Source of the DNA: Bdellovibrionota bacterium
GTDB lineage: Bacteria > Bdellovibrionota_C > UBA2361 > OMIW01
Direction: 5' to 3'
Length of the DNA: 26,858 bases
Assembly: GCA_044345055.1 (NCBI GenBank)
Contig: JBIJBT010000034.1
Location: 1 to 26,858 of the forward strand
This document shows, piece by piece, positions 9,674-17,733 of this stretch; within the stretch, counting starts at the first letter, position 1, and each line of letters starts with the position of its first letter. The notes beneath the pieces were generated by a model. It saw only the letters and a program-made list of their open reading frames with translations. It did no database searches and was not told the DNA's origin. Made by a program: the position numbers and the translations under genes.

Positions 9674-10246
9674 CTATTCGCAAACGGTGACACATTTTGC
9701 GCTATCCTCTTCATGAGTCGTCTGGAATCTCCGAGTCTTGGTCAAAGCAATAAGCTCTACCAACTCCTGAACTACGGAGAGATTCGACGATATAATGGCG
9801 GGATCATAGCAAGGTTCCTCGCGTGTCACTGCCAATCTCAGCGCTCCCTCCATTAATGCTATGACCTCACGAACCAAATCCTTTTCAAACCGCTGAAGGG
9901 CCTCAGATTCGGTGACATCGGCAGGCAAGGATTTTTTCGCTATCGGTTTTTTTAAAAACAGGGAAATAAAGTCGGGAAGCCAATTACCAATCCTAGCGAC
10001 GATCTCCGAGTGCATCGCGACCGATCCCTGAATTGAACGCACCTCTTGATAGCGTCGTTCTATCGCCGACGATATCGAGCCAAGTGAATCCTCTGGCTCG
10101 GCAGTTGAGCGATGTCGCTTTCTCGCTTCGCCAATGAGGGCGCGGACCTTCTCGCTCGCCGTCACCGATCCTGGAATCGCTAGGCGGGCTAGAAACGCAG
10201 CATCTTCTTGCGTTATTCGGCAACTCAATGGAACTGTTTTACTCAT
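9674..10246 (-). CDS. Hypothetical protein with N-terminal ribbon-helix-helix-like region; first gene of the pspA-yqiJ-yqiK operon
   Basis: GAGGTG RBS before ATG 10246. N-terminus KTVPLSCRITQEDAAFL...TASEKVRALI has a beta-alpha-alpha pattern. Confidence 0.7.
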   Translation of the reverse strand: MSKTVPLSCRITQEDAAFLARLAIPGSVTASEKVRALIGEARKRHRSTAEPEDSLGSISSAIERRYQEVRSIQGSVAMHSEIVARIGNWLPDFISLFLKKPIAKKSLPADVTESEALQRFEKDLVREVIALMEGALRLAVTREEPCYDPAIISSNLSVVQELVELIALTKTRRFQTTHEEDSAKCVTVCE

Positions 10247-10266
10247 AATCACCTCGGTTGAAGGAG

Positions 10267-10335
10267 TGCATACTTTAAGTATACAGAAAGATGTAGTCGT
10301 ATGCAAATGTATACAATCGCGCACGACGGTATACC
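10267..10335 (-). promoter_or_regulatory. Sigma70-type promoter overlapped by repeated GTATAC-like operator boxes
   Basis: - strand TTGCAT (10306-10301), 17-nt spacer, TATACT (10283-10278). Boxes GCATAC 10268, GTATAC 10279, GTATGC 10299, GTATAC 10309, GTATAC 10329. Confidence 0.7.
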
Positions 10336-10511
10336 TGATGCTTTGACGGTGTAACTGACGTGGGGAAAAAATGAGCACACGAGGGTTCGTAAGAAGTCGG
10401 ATTAGTGCCCACTCTTAACCGCGGATGACGAAACTTTTCCATCCCATTTCCGATAATGAGTACTGAAAATTGAACCACCATAGGTGGCAGTAACTATCGG
10501 CGGGGTGTAAC

Positions 10512-11540
10512 ATGAAGAAGAGTAATCAAGGTGGCGAAAGTAAGAGCAAGACCTCTTTGCGGGGAAGTGGAGAGGGTGGAGAAAAAGGATCACCGAAACC
10601 AAAAACTACCAATCCTTTAACGACTAAAGCTATGGGCAGAAGATTCGTATCTCTCGATTGGGCGATGAAGAAGATTCTTCGGGATAAGGCGAATTTTTGC
10701 GTGCTTGAAGGGTTTTTGAGTGAGCTACTTGGAGAAGATGTAACGATTGAGGAGATCTTAGAGAGCGAATCAAATCGGCAGCACGCCCGAGATAAGCAGA
10801 ACCGAGTTGATATTAAGGTGCGGCGTGGCGAGGACCAGATAATCCTCGTTGAGCTTCAGTTTCAGCGAGACCTTGATTTTTTTCACCGCATTTTGTTCGG
10901 TGTCTCAAAGGCAGTAACTGAGCATCTTGAGTCTGGGAGCCGATATCGGGAGGTAAATAAAGTTATCTCAGTCAATATCGTCTACTTTGACCCTGGAGTT
11001 GGTGACGATTATATCTATCGCGGCACAACCACTTTTCATGGCGTTCACACTAATTCAAAACTAGAGCTTGCGGAGACCTTTCAGGACTACCTCCGGGTGC
11101 AGCGGGTGTTTCAGATATTCCCCGAGTATTACCTCCTCTGCGTACCCCGCTTTAAGGGTAGACCAAAAGACACTCTCGATCAGTGGCTCTATTTCCTCAA
11201 AACTGAGGAGATAGAGCAAGATTTCTCAGCTCGAGGAATTCAGCAAGCAAAACAGATTCTACACGTCGCAAACTTAAGCACTCCCCAGAGACGCGCATAC
11301 GAGGAATTTGAAGATCAGGCGCGGTGTTTAGCGGGTGAGGCTGAGCAACATAGGTGGGAAGTTGAACGTGCTCGTGAGAAGGGATTAAGACAGGGGCGAG
11401 AGGAAGGACGAGAGGAAGGACGAGAAGAAGGACGAGAGGAAGGACGAGAGGAGGAGCGTCGCCAGATTGCAAGAGCCATGCTCGATTCTGGACTATCCCA
11501 CGAGCAGGTACTTAAAATTACGGGGGTCGATCTCGGATGA
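10512..11540 (+). CDS. Rpn-family recombination-promoting nuclease / PD-(D/E)XK putative transposase
   Basis: DWAMKKIL, FLSELL, RVDIK...ILVELQ catalytic motif, LDQWLYFLK, GREE repeats, C-terminal IARAMLDSGLSHEQVLKITG. Start may be ATG 10632 (MGRRFVSLDW). Confidence 0.92.
   Translation: MKKSNQGGESKSKTSLRGSGEGGEKGSPKPKTTNPLTTKAMGRRFVSLDWAMKKILRDKANFCVLEGFLSELLGEDVTIEEILESESNRQHARDKQNRVDIKVRRGEDQIILVELQFQRDLDFFHRILFGVSKAVTEHLESGSRYREVNKVISVNIVYFDPGVGDDYIYRGTTTFHGVHTNSKLELAETFQDYLRVQRVFQIFPEYYLLCVPRFKGRPKDTLDQWLYFLKTEEIEQDFSARGIQQAKQILHVANLSTPQRRAYEEFEDQARCLAGEAEQHRWEVERAREKGLRQGREEGREEGREEGREEGREEERRQIARAMLDSGLSHEQVLKITGVDLG
11394..11453 (+). repeat. Five tandem 12-bp units (consensus GGACGAGAGGAA) encoding GREE x5
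   Basis: Read directly from the sequence, in frame within the Rpn gene. Confidence 0.95.
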
Positions 11541-11550
11541 GGATATCTTC

Positions 11551-11566
11551 GGCGGCTTTTGCCGCC
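11551..11566 (+). terminator. GC-rich hairpin after the Rpn gene, possible terminator
   Basis: GGCGGC-TTTT-GCCGCC, 10 nt after the stop codon. No U-tract follows. Confidence 0.35.
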
Positions 11567-11946
11567 TCGAGGATTATGCTAACTCTCGTTCAGTTGGGGA
11601 TTCCCGATGGTGACATCAGAAGTTAACGTCATCCGTTTTCGGTTCGATGGCAGATCAGGTGGGCGATTTTTTGAAAAACTGGCCTTAACTGTGCAAACAT
11701 GAGCAGTTTCAAGTCTGAAGTGAGATAAACCTGCTACCGACCTCTTATTCGCTCCACCCTCGCCTCGAACCCCCTTATTTCGCAGCCTCTAAGCCTACCC
11801 CTTTCATTCTCATAACCAGAACCTCCAATAAAAATCGACAGCTTACCAGTGTTCCAATCACCACCTGCCTCCACACAGCAAGGCTCAGTTAACACGCCTT
11901 GTTGCATTCTCACGATAGAGCCCGGGTGGTTCTTGCGCCTCATTAA

Positions 11947-12199
11947 ATAGTTGGCCCTGAAAAACCCCTCCATGGGTTTTTCAGGGCGGCTCCAAGCACA
12001 CAAAATCGCCTTTAGCGCGATTTTGTGTGCGTCGCCCAAACGTCTATCGACGTTTGCCGGACTCTTCGTGGTCCGGAGTGCTCCCTGAAATTGCAACTTT
12101 CTGAGCATAGCTGCTCAAAAAGTTGCAAAATCTTGCTTTTAAAAATCGTATTTTAAAAAGCAAGATTAGGTAGTTATACTTTTTTTCAGGGCGCACTAA
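11947..12199. mobile_element. ~250-bp non-coding MITE-like element with terminal inverted repeats and consecutive internal hairpins
   Basis: TAGTTGGCCCTGAAAAA (11948-11964) vs TTTTTCAGGGCGCACTA (12182-12198) match 15/17 as inverted repeats. Flanks are TTAA and ATAA. Six internal stem-loops. Confidence 0.6.
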
Positions 12200-12304
12200 A
12201 TAAGCCATTAATGATGAAGCCCCTTGTCCCCACGCTGAATCCTCCAGTTGCCGTTTCGCCAGAATTCCCCTTACCCGCCCCTCTTTTGTTAATCATACCT
12301 ACGA

Positions 12305-13501
12305 CTAAGCTCGTTCAACAGCAAAAGCTAATTCAGCCCGATTGCTTCGCTCTCTCATTTCTATCAAAGCGGCTGACTCCTGTGAGAGCGTATCGAGCTC
12401 CTTTATTTGAGCTGACATAATAGGAAGAGCCTCTTGGCGAAATTTGGATAGATCCTCGAGCGCAATACGGATGTCAGCAAATGCAGTGCGGAGGGCATTC
12501 ATGTCGAGCATCGTGCCTGACGCTGTTTTCTGAATCGCTGTGCCCTGCGTCTTAAGAAGCTCAGCGGTCTTAGAGATTAAGTTCGAGGTGGTGCTGTTAA
12601 GCGCCTGAACCTTATCGAGCACGATCTTTTGATCAGCGAGCGCCAGAGCGACGGTGACGGCGACCTGAAGAGCCCCTATCGTGACCTGAAGCGCTCGATT
12701 CACACCTCGGACGAGCTCCTTATTATTTCGAATGACAATCTCAATAGCTAGTGTAGCCTGCTGAGCAACAACAAGCTGTTGCTGAAGGTCCATAACACGC
12801 TGGCGAATTGGGAAAACAAGTCCCTCACTTACAAAGATATAGTCATCACTTCCTGCCACCAGTTCAGTATCAAGCTTTGCCTGAAGTTTGCTATCAACAA
12901 TCTGCGCAAGCTTAATCGTTTTAACTAGCTGCTCCGATACATCTTGCAACCGAGCCCGATCCTCTGAGAGCATCGACGAGTCGTGCTTTAGTTGGTCACG
13001 TCCAAGCTCAAGAGAGCGTATAATCCCATCTATAACCACTTGGGCGCTTTCATACCTGGTGAAGTAACGCTTCAATGGTGAGCCCACTCTCGGGATGTAG
13101 CCAAGCAACCTCGTAAGAAACCCCCGCTTTACATCGAAGCGCGGAGGATCAAGCGCCTCCACCTGGTCCCGCAACTGAACAAGAGCATTCGCAACTTCTC
13201 CTCCCTCAGCTCCTCGCTGCGCGAGCTTACTCACAGGGTCTTTTAGTTTTTCGCTGCACGCAGCTGCTTCTCGCTGGAGGTCCAACCCCATCGCCTCAAC
13301 CGATGCCTTGCTCTGTTCGCGTTCGACCGACTCATCACGACAGTCAAAGAGAGTGGCAATAAATTGGTCGGCCTTTAAAGACAACTCCGTCTCCTCTGCT
13401 TCGACTACCCGGAGCTCTTTGGGTGCGGGCATAGAGAGATCCTCTCGTACCACATCAGGGTCTACCGCTTTCAAGCCTGTTTTTGGTGGTATTTCACTCA
13501 T
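12305..13501 (-). CDS. telA: Toxic anion resistance protein (TelA/KlaB family), copy 1
   Basis: VANALVQLRDQVEALDP, LKRYFTRYESAQVVID, IRQRVMDLQQQ, IRNNKELVRGVNRA, VAVTVALALADQKIVL, all-helical coiled coil. Confidence 0.9.
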   Translation of the reverse strand: MSEIPPKTGLKAVDPDVVREDLSMPAPKELRVVEAEETELSLKADQFIATLFDCRDESVEREQSKASVEAMGLDLQREAAACSEKLKDPVSKLAQRGAEGGEVANALVQLRDQVEALDPPRFDVKRGFLTRLLGYIPRVGSPLKRYFTRYESAQVVIDGIIRSLELGRDQLKHDSSMLSEDRARLQDVSEQLVKTIKLAQIVDSKLQAKLDTELVAGSDDYIFVSEGLVFPIRQRVMDLQQQLVVAQQATLAIEIVIRNNKELVRGVNRALQVTIGALQVAVTVALALADQKIVLDKVQALNSTTSNLISKTAELLKTQGTAIQKTASGTMLDMNALRTAFADIRIALEDLSKFRQEALPIMSAQIKELDTLSQESAALIEMRERSNRAELAFAVERA

Positions 13502-13629
13502 AGTTTTGACTCGCTACATTGAAGTAATGTCCATTTTAATCTGATGAAATTCAGCGCACCTCGGCTTGAAAAGAATTCATTATCAAAGTGAATCAAAGCG
13601 CAGCCTCCACTTTCTGCCCTCTCTGCATC

Positions 13630-14361
13630 TTAGTTTTTGCTCTGTGAACGATCGTACAATGATGTCCTCGCTACCACCTTCTCCAGCTGTCGCATCGCTT
13701 CATCAACACCTTCAGGAATGCGACCATCCACCAAGTTGAGCTGAGAGAGCGTTCGCGATGTTTGAACTAAACCCGAGATCGCTACCTGATTTTCTTCTTT
13801 AAGCTGATCTACTCGCCCGATATCCGCTGCAAGCGATCCCTCGTTCTCAAGCCAAACTTCGCCTTCGAGCGCGTGCGCCCGGCAACTCAGATCAAGACTA
13901 ACCAACGTTGAAAGCATCAGCGCTCCATTGTCGAGCACCGATTGATATATCGCATTTACCGAACTGAAATAGCGTTCGTACGCAAGCTCGGATGGATTAA
14001 ACTTCTGATTTAAAACCTCTTTAAGAGAATTAAAACACTCCTTAGCAAAACGAATCTGCTCTGCAGCTTCAAGAGCCCGCCCGGAGACCGCTGGTGCACG
14101 AATCTCGGCGAGCTCCCGACACAACCTATCTGCTGGATCGTCATCTGCTACGGAAAGCGTCGGTGCAGATGACCCAATTTCTCGGTGATCAGCGGGCGGT
14201 TCACCCAATGCAATTGCTAATACGGCAATCCAACCGAGGCCTGTCCAGCCAAAAACGAGATTACCAACGGTGACTTGCAGGAGTTTCGGGTTATTTCTTG
14301 AGGCAGCGATGATCGTCGGAATGAAGTAAAGGCCGACTCCAAAAACTACTTCGAACCCCAT
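13630..14361 (-). CDS. Fusion of an N-terminal superinfection-immunity (T4 Imm-like) membrane domain and a helical TelA-partner-like domain
   Basis: LYFIPTIIA...NLVFGWTGLGWIAVLAIA matches the Imm pattern (YFLPxIIA...NxxxGWTxxGW). C-terminal LNQKFNPSELAYERY...VLDN helical region. AGAGGA RBS. Confidence 0.75.
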   Translation of the reverse strand: MGFEVVFGVGLYFIPTIIAASRNNPKLLQVTVGNLVFGWTGLGWIAVLAIALGEPPADHREIGSSAPTLSVADDDPADRLCRELAEIRAPAVSGRALEAAEQIRFAKECFNSLKEVLNQKFNPSELAYERYFSSVNAIYQSVLDNGALMLSTLVSLDLSCRAHALEGEVWLENEGSLAADIGRVDQLKEENQVAISGLVQTSRTLSQLNLVDGRIPEGVDEAMRQLEKVVARTSLYDRSQSKN

Positions 14362-14370
14362 ATATCCTCT

Positions 14371-15198
14371 CTACCGCTGCGATTCGTTTTTAGTTGTTAG
14401 CCACCATCTGATGACGCCGACAGCGAAGGTGCAAATCACGCTATTGAGAAGAATCAACGACGGATTCTGAGAGAGTACTTTTTGGCCGAGAATGGGGGAT
14501 AGCGGTACGTGCAGAATCCAACGTAGGAACTCGAGCATACCAGGTTTCGCGCTAACTTCATTTACTCCCTGACTAACACTCATAATCTCTTGACCGACCC
14601 GCAAGACCGTATTTATTCCGAGACTTGCTACAGAATGAATACAGAACACAAAGATCATATCACTCCTAATCGACCGTTTCATACCGCCGAGACAAATCGG
14701 GCCGAGGATAGGTAACAATGCAATCCGCCATATTTTCTCGTCTGTGAGATTAGCTGCAATACGCTCCGATGGAATGGTACTGTCCCTGACCTCTGAGAGT
14801 GGATGAGACTGTTCTTGGAGAGACATCAATCTTGAAAAAAAATGAATGAGTGGGAAAATTATTAGAGCCGCCAGAAGACTGTTCAACACCCTCAGTCTAA
14901 GCGAAAATTTGTAGAAGAACCCATCAATCCCATTGATTTCCGTCCCTCCAATCACAAGGCTGAGCGGAAGATTGAGAACTTTGTAAGAGAAGCCTTCGAT
15001 AACAACGAGCGGGCTCGGACTTACGGAGGAAGCTTTGGAATTATCCTTCCCCGCTATCAAATTTACGGTTTTCTCCTGTACCGTGCGAACTATTACCTGA
15101 CCGTGCAAAGACTGAGAATAAGAACCGACCACAAAGTGCAAAATAGCAATAAAAAGGATAAAACGGAGATTTTTCTGCGACACTATGACCCTCAACAA
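14371..15198 (-). CDS. Hypothetical multi-pass membrane protein with internal duplication
   Basis: Several hydrophobic segments. The motif series H...L(N/H)xPLS...LNS occurs twice. Stop lies 9 nt before the next start. True start may be GTG 15183 (GAGG upstream). Confidence 0.7.
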   Translation of the reverse strand: MLRVIVSQKNLRFILFIAILHFVVGSYSQSLHGQVIVRTVQEKTVNLIAGKDNSKASSVSPSPLVVIEGFSYKVLNLPLSLVIGGTEINGIDGFFYKFSLRLRVLNSLLAALIIFPLIHFFSRLMSLQEQSHPLSEVRDSTIPSERIAANLTDEKIWRIALLPILGPICLGGMKRSIRSDMIFVFCIHSVASLGINTVLRVGQEIMSVSQGVNEVSAKPGMLEFLRWILHVPLSPILGQKVLSQNPSLILLNSVICTFAVGVIRWWLTTKNESQR

Positions 15199-15346
15199 AA
15201 ATTAAGATTGCGTTCCAATTTATTTTAGGGTAAGGGAAGGTGAATGCAAAGATTTTTTTCCTTCCCCCAGACCAGCATCTTAATCTAGTAAACAACAGCC
15301 CAAAGCCGAACTTAAGTCGTTCGACAACAATACTGCCTCTGGAAAA

Positions 15347-16435
15347 ATGAGTTCGAAATTAGACGACTCCTCCCCGCAGCCCGAGGCAACAAAGGCGTCT
15401 ACAACTTCATCAGAGGGCCTCTTCGCCGTCGAGCGGCTGCTAATGAGAGACCATCAAAACCCTCTTGAAAGAGAACAAACGAGGCAACAAGTGGCATCGC
15501 TGGCTCTCGACCTTCAGCGAGAATCAGAATCCAGCATTCGTCTATTAGAAGGTTCACTCCGTCAAGTCTCGGCTCGTAGTGCAGACGAGGCATCGGTTGC
15601 GCTATCACTTGGCGAATTGCGTCACCAGATTGAACTTCTCGATCCATCATCACTTGCCTCTCGTAATCGATGGTTCCATCGATTTCTTAGATGGCTCTTC
15701 CATATCGACCCACCACTGCAACGCTTTTTATTCCGGTATGATTCAGTCAGGATGACGATTGAGGAGATACTTTTGGCGTTAAAGGAGGGGCGAGAGCAGC
15801 TCCGTAGGGACAACATCACCCTTGCTGCAGATCAGCAAGAGCTACTCCAAACTAGTGAAAAACTCGCTGCCGCAATCGCCAACATAGAGAAACTTAGAGG
15901 CCAGCTCTCGGCTACCCGTGAAAAAGAGCAAAACCGAGAGATTGCTCAGTTCATTGACCAAAATCTCCTATTTCCACTACATCAACGGTCGCTGGACCTT
16001 CACCAACAACTTGCTGTGAACCAGCAGGGGACTCTCGCATTAGATCTAATCATCAAGAAAAACTTAGAGCTAATCCGAGGCGTAGACCGCGCGCTCTTCA
16101 CCACCGCGAGCGGTTTCCGAATTGCCGCAACGGTCGCCGTCACCCTTGCTGAACAAAGAGATATCTCAGATCAGATTAAGACAGCAATCGGTACGACTGA
16201 TGAATTACTGGCGGAGGCTACCAAAGAGCTGAAGGGTACTAAAACCTCAATCAAGCAGCAGATCACTTTAGCAGCAAACAATATTGAAAAGCTCAAGAAG
16301 GCGTGGTCTGAAATCAGAACAAGTATCGAAGAAGTTGAGAGTCGCCGCAGCAATGCGCTTCTAACAATAACAGCTTCAATCGAGGAGATGACGACATTGA
16401 GTCATGATACTTCATCGCTGGGTAGTGACAAATAG
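15347..16435 (+). CDS. telA: Toxic anion resistance protein (TelA family), divergent copy 2
   Basis: Aligns by eye with copy 1: LDLQRE, LRHQIELLDP, LHQQLAVNQQG, NLELIRGVDRA, IAATVAVTLAEQ. Confidence 0.88.
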   Translation: MSSKLDDSSPQPEATKASTTSSEGLFAVERLLMRDHQNPLEREQTRQQVASLALDLQRESESSIRLLEGSLRQVSARSADEASVALSLGELRHQIELLDPSSLASRNRWFHRFLRWLFHIDPPLQRFLFRYDSVRMTIEEILLALKEGREQLRRDNITLAADQQELLQTSEKLAAAIANIEKLRGQLSATREKEQNREIAQFIDQNLLFPLHQRSLDLHQQLAVNQQGTLALDLIIKKNLELIRGVDRALFTTASGFRIAATVAVTLAEQRDISDQIKTAIGTTDELLAEATKELKGTKTSIKQQITLAANNIEKLKKAWSEIRTSIEEVESRRSNALLTITASIEEMTTLSHDTSSLGSDK

Positions 16436-16477
16436 TGGGATCAGCAAACTTCCCTCTGTTCTATGGTTCTAGTCCCC

Positions 16478-16591
16478 GAAAAAATTGACCCTAGAAAAGC
16501 GCAATTTTTTCATCAGCAGCGGCGAGCGCAGTCCTCACACACCGAAGCGGAGGCTGCCTAAGCAAAAATCTCAGTTGTAGCGTAAGCTACA
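16478..16591. repeat. Three short inverted repeats between convergent telA2 and djlA-like genes
   Basis: GAAAAAATTG/CAATTTTTTC (16478-16511); GCAG(T)CCTC/GAGGCTGC (16528-16557); TGTAGC-GTAA-GCTACA (16576-16591). Confidence 0.5.
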
Positions 16592-16674
16592 TAGCCCCTT
16601 TATCCTTTCATCAGAAACTAAAAAATGCCAAGCAAACTGGATACCTTCGGCTTCCTTCATCAAGGGCGCATAAA

Positions 16675-17481
16675 TTATTTTCCCTTATGCTGGCGGATTA
16701 ATTCATAGGCATCCTTCAAGGAGCGAAAATGTTCGGTGGCGGAGCGGATTCCGCTGTCGGGGACGCCGCGCGAACGGAGTCTGTCTGGGTGATATTGCTT
16801 GGCAAGTTTTCGATAGGTGGTTCGGGTAAGCTCCCAGGATGCATCCAACGGAATGCCGAGAGTGCGATAGGCTTTTTGCAGGGGATTCTTTTGATCATAG
16901 AAAGTGTTTTCTCTAATCGGCTTCTCCTTAGCAGTATTATCGAAGGGTGCTTCAACCCCTAATTGGCGAAATTTTACCGACATCATCGAGACGAAGCGAT
17001 GAGGGCGTAGCTCGATCAGCTCGGAGAACTGTTTAAGAAGAGTGTACTCGCTAGGTGCCACGATACCATCAGCAGCCGCAATATCTGCGAGAAGGTCGAG
17101 CATTGCGAAAAGAACAGCCGGTTCGTTTTTGAACTCATTAACAAAGCGCTTCGCCAACTCGGAGAATTGCGTCGGAGAGCAGGTCGCATCGCGAAATACG
17201 ACAGCTGCTTTCCGCTCCTCGCGGGAACTTATTCGAAAATTACTCCGAACGTAGCGGCGAAATACACGGATTTCATCCTCACTAACTCGCCCATCCGCCT
17301 TGGCCATCTTGGCGGCGAGAGAAAAAAGATAAAAAAGGAACTTTTTGCGGGACGGAACGAGAGGAAGTATCTTTCTAAATTGAAAAGGGAGCGCCGAGTA
17401 GCGGGTTACCCAAAAGTAAGCCGCGAATGAGATGCTTATGACGGACAAAATCCTATTGATAATGAGGAGGTTCATCGGCAT
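16675..17481 (-). CDS. djlA: DjlA-like co-chaperone (TM + TerB-like domain + C-terminal J domain)
   Basis: N-terminal TM; LAAKMAKADGRVSEDE and IAAADG TerB motifs; AYRTLG...YRKLAKQYHPD J domain with HPD. Confidence 0.92.
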   Translation of the reverse strand: MPMNLLIINRILSVISISFAAYFWVTRYSALPFQFRKILPLVPSRKKFLFYLFSLAAKMAKADGRVSEDEIRVFRRYVRSNFRISSREERKAAVVFRDATCSPTQFSELAKRFVNEFKNEPAVLFAMLDLLADIAAADGIVAPSEYTLLKQFSELIELRPHRFVSMMSVKFRQLGVEAPFDNTAKEKPIRENTFYDQKNPLQKAYRTLGIPLDASWELTRTTYRKLAKQYHPDRLRSRGVPDSGIRSATEHFRSLKDAYELIRQHKGK

Positions 17482-17733
17482 CTTGGTGGCGAGTTATCAG
17501 GTTAGGACGCCATGTCTGCTCCTTTCGGCGGAATAGAGCTCCTAATTATCAATCGAGAATTATCGCCGTGCGGCGCCATTCCTCATTGTTTGCAGTTTGT
17601 TTGTATCATTCTCTTCCCTCCGGTAAATACCATTATCGGGAATAATTTGACCAACACATGTCGCCCCCGAACCGCCGACAACTTGAATCTGTCTGCCCCT
17701 GTCAAACTCCCGGACTTACTCTTTTCGATCGTA

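Noticed and set aside
11394..11453. 12-bp tandem repeat as CRISPR or independent element
   Set aside because: No spacers; it is the in-frame GREE repeat typical of Rpn C-termini.
10380..11950. Rpn gene as the transposase of the neighbouring MITE-like element
   Set aside because: I see no inverted repeats or target duplication around the Rpn gene, and Rpn proteins are not established as mobilisers of TIR elements.
11734..12108. 124-aa ORF on the - strand
   Set aside because: It runs through the palindromic element and has no recognisable domain or clear RBS; probably a chance frame.
11954..12167. Hairpin series as a CRISPR array or integron attC array
   Set aside because: The stems differ from each other in sequence, there is no repeat-spacer periodicity, and no cas or integrase gene is in the window.
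17505..17545. CCGAAAGGAGCAG (- strand) resembling SRP RNA helix 8 or a glycine riboswitch core
   Set aside because: It lacks the upstream CAGG of SRP RNA and the GGAGA/CUCAGG elements of glycine aptamers.
17610..17730. Imperfect long hairpin upstream of djlA as 6S RNA
   Set aside because: Pairing is partial and short, and I cannot support the rod-with-central-bubble fold by eye. An Rfam scan would settle it.
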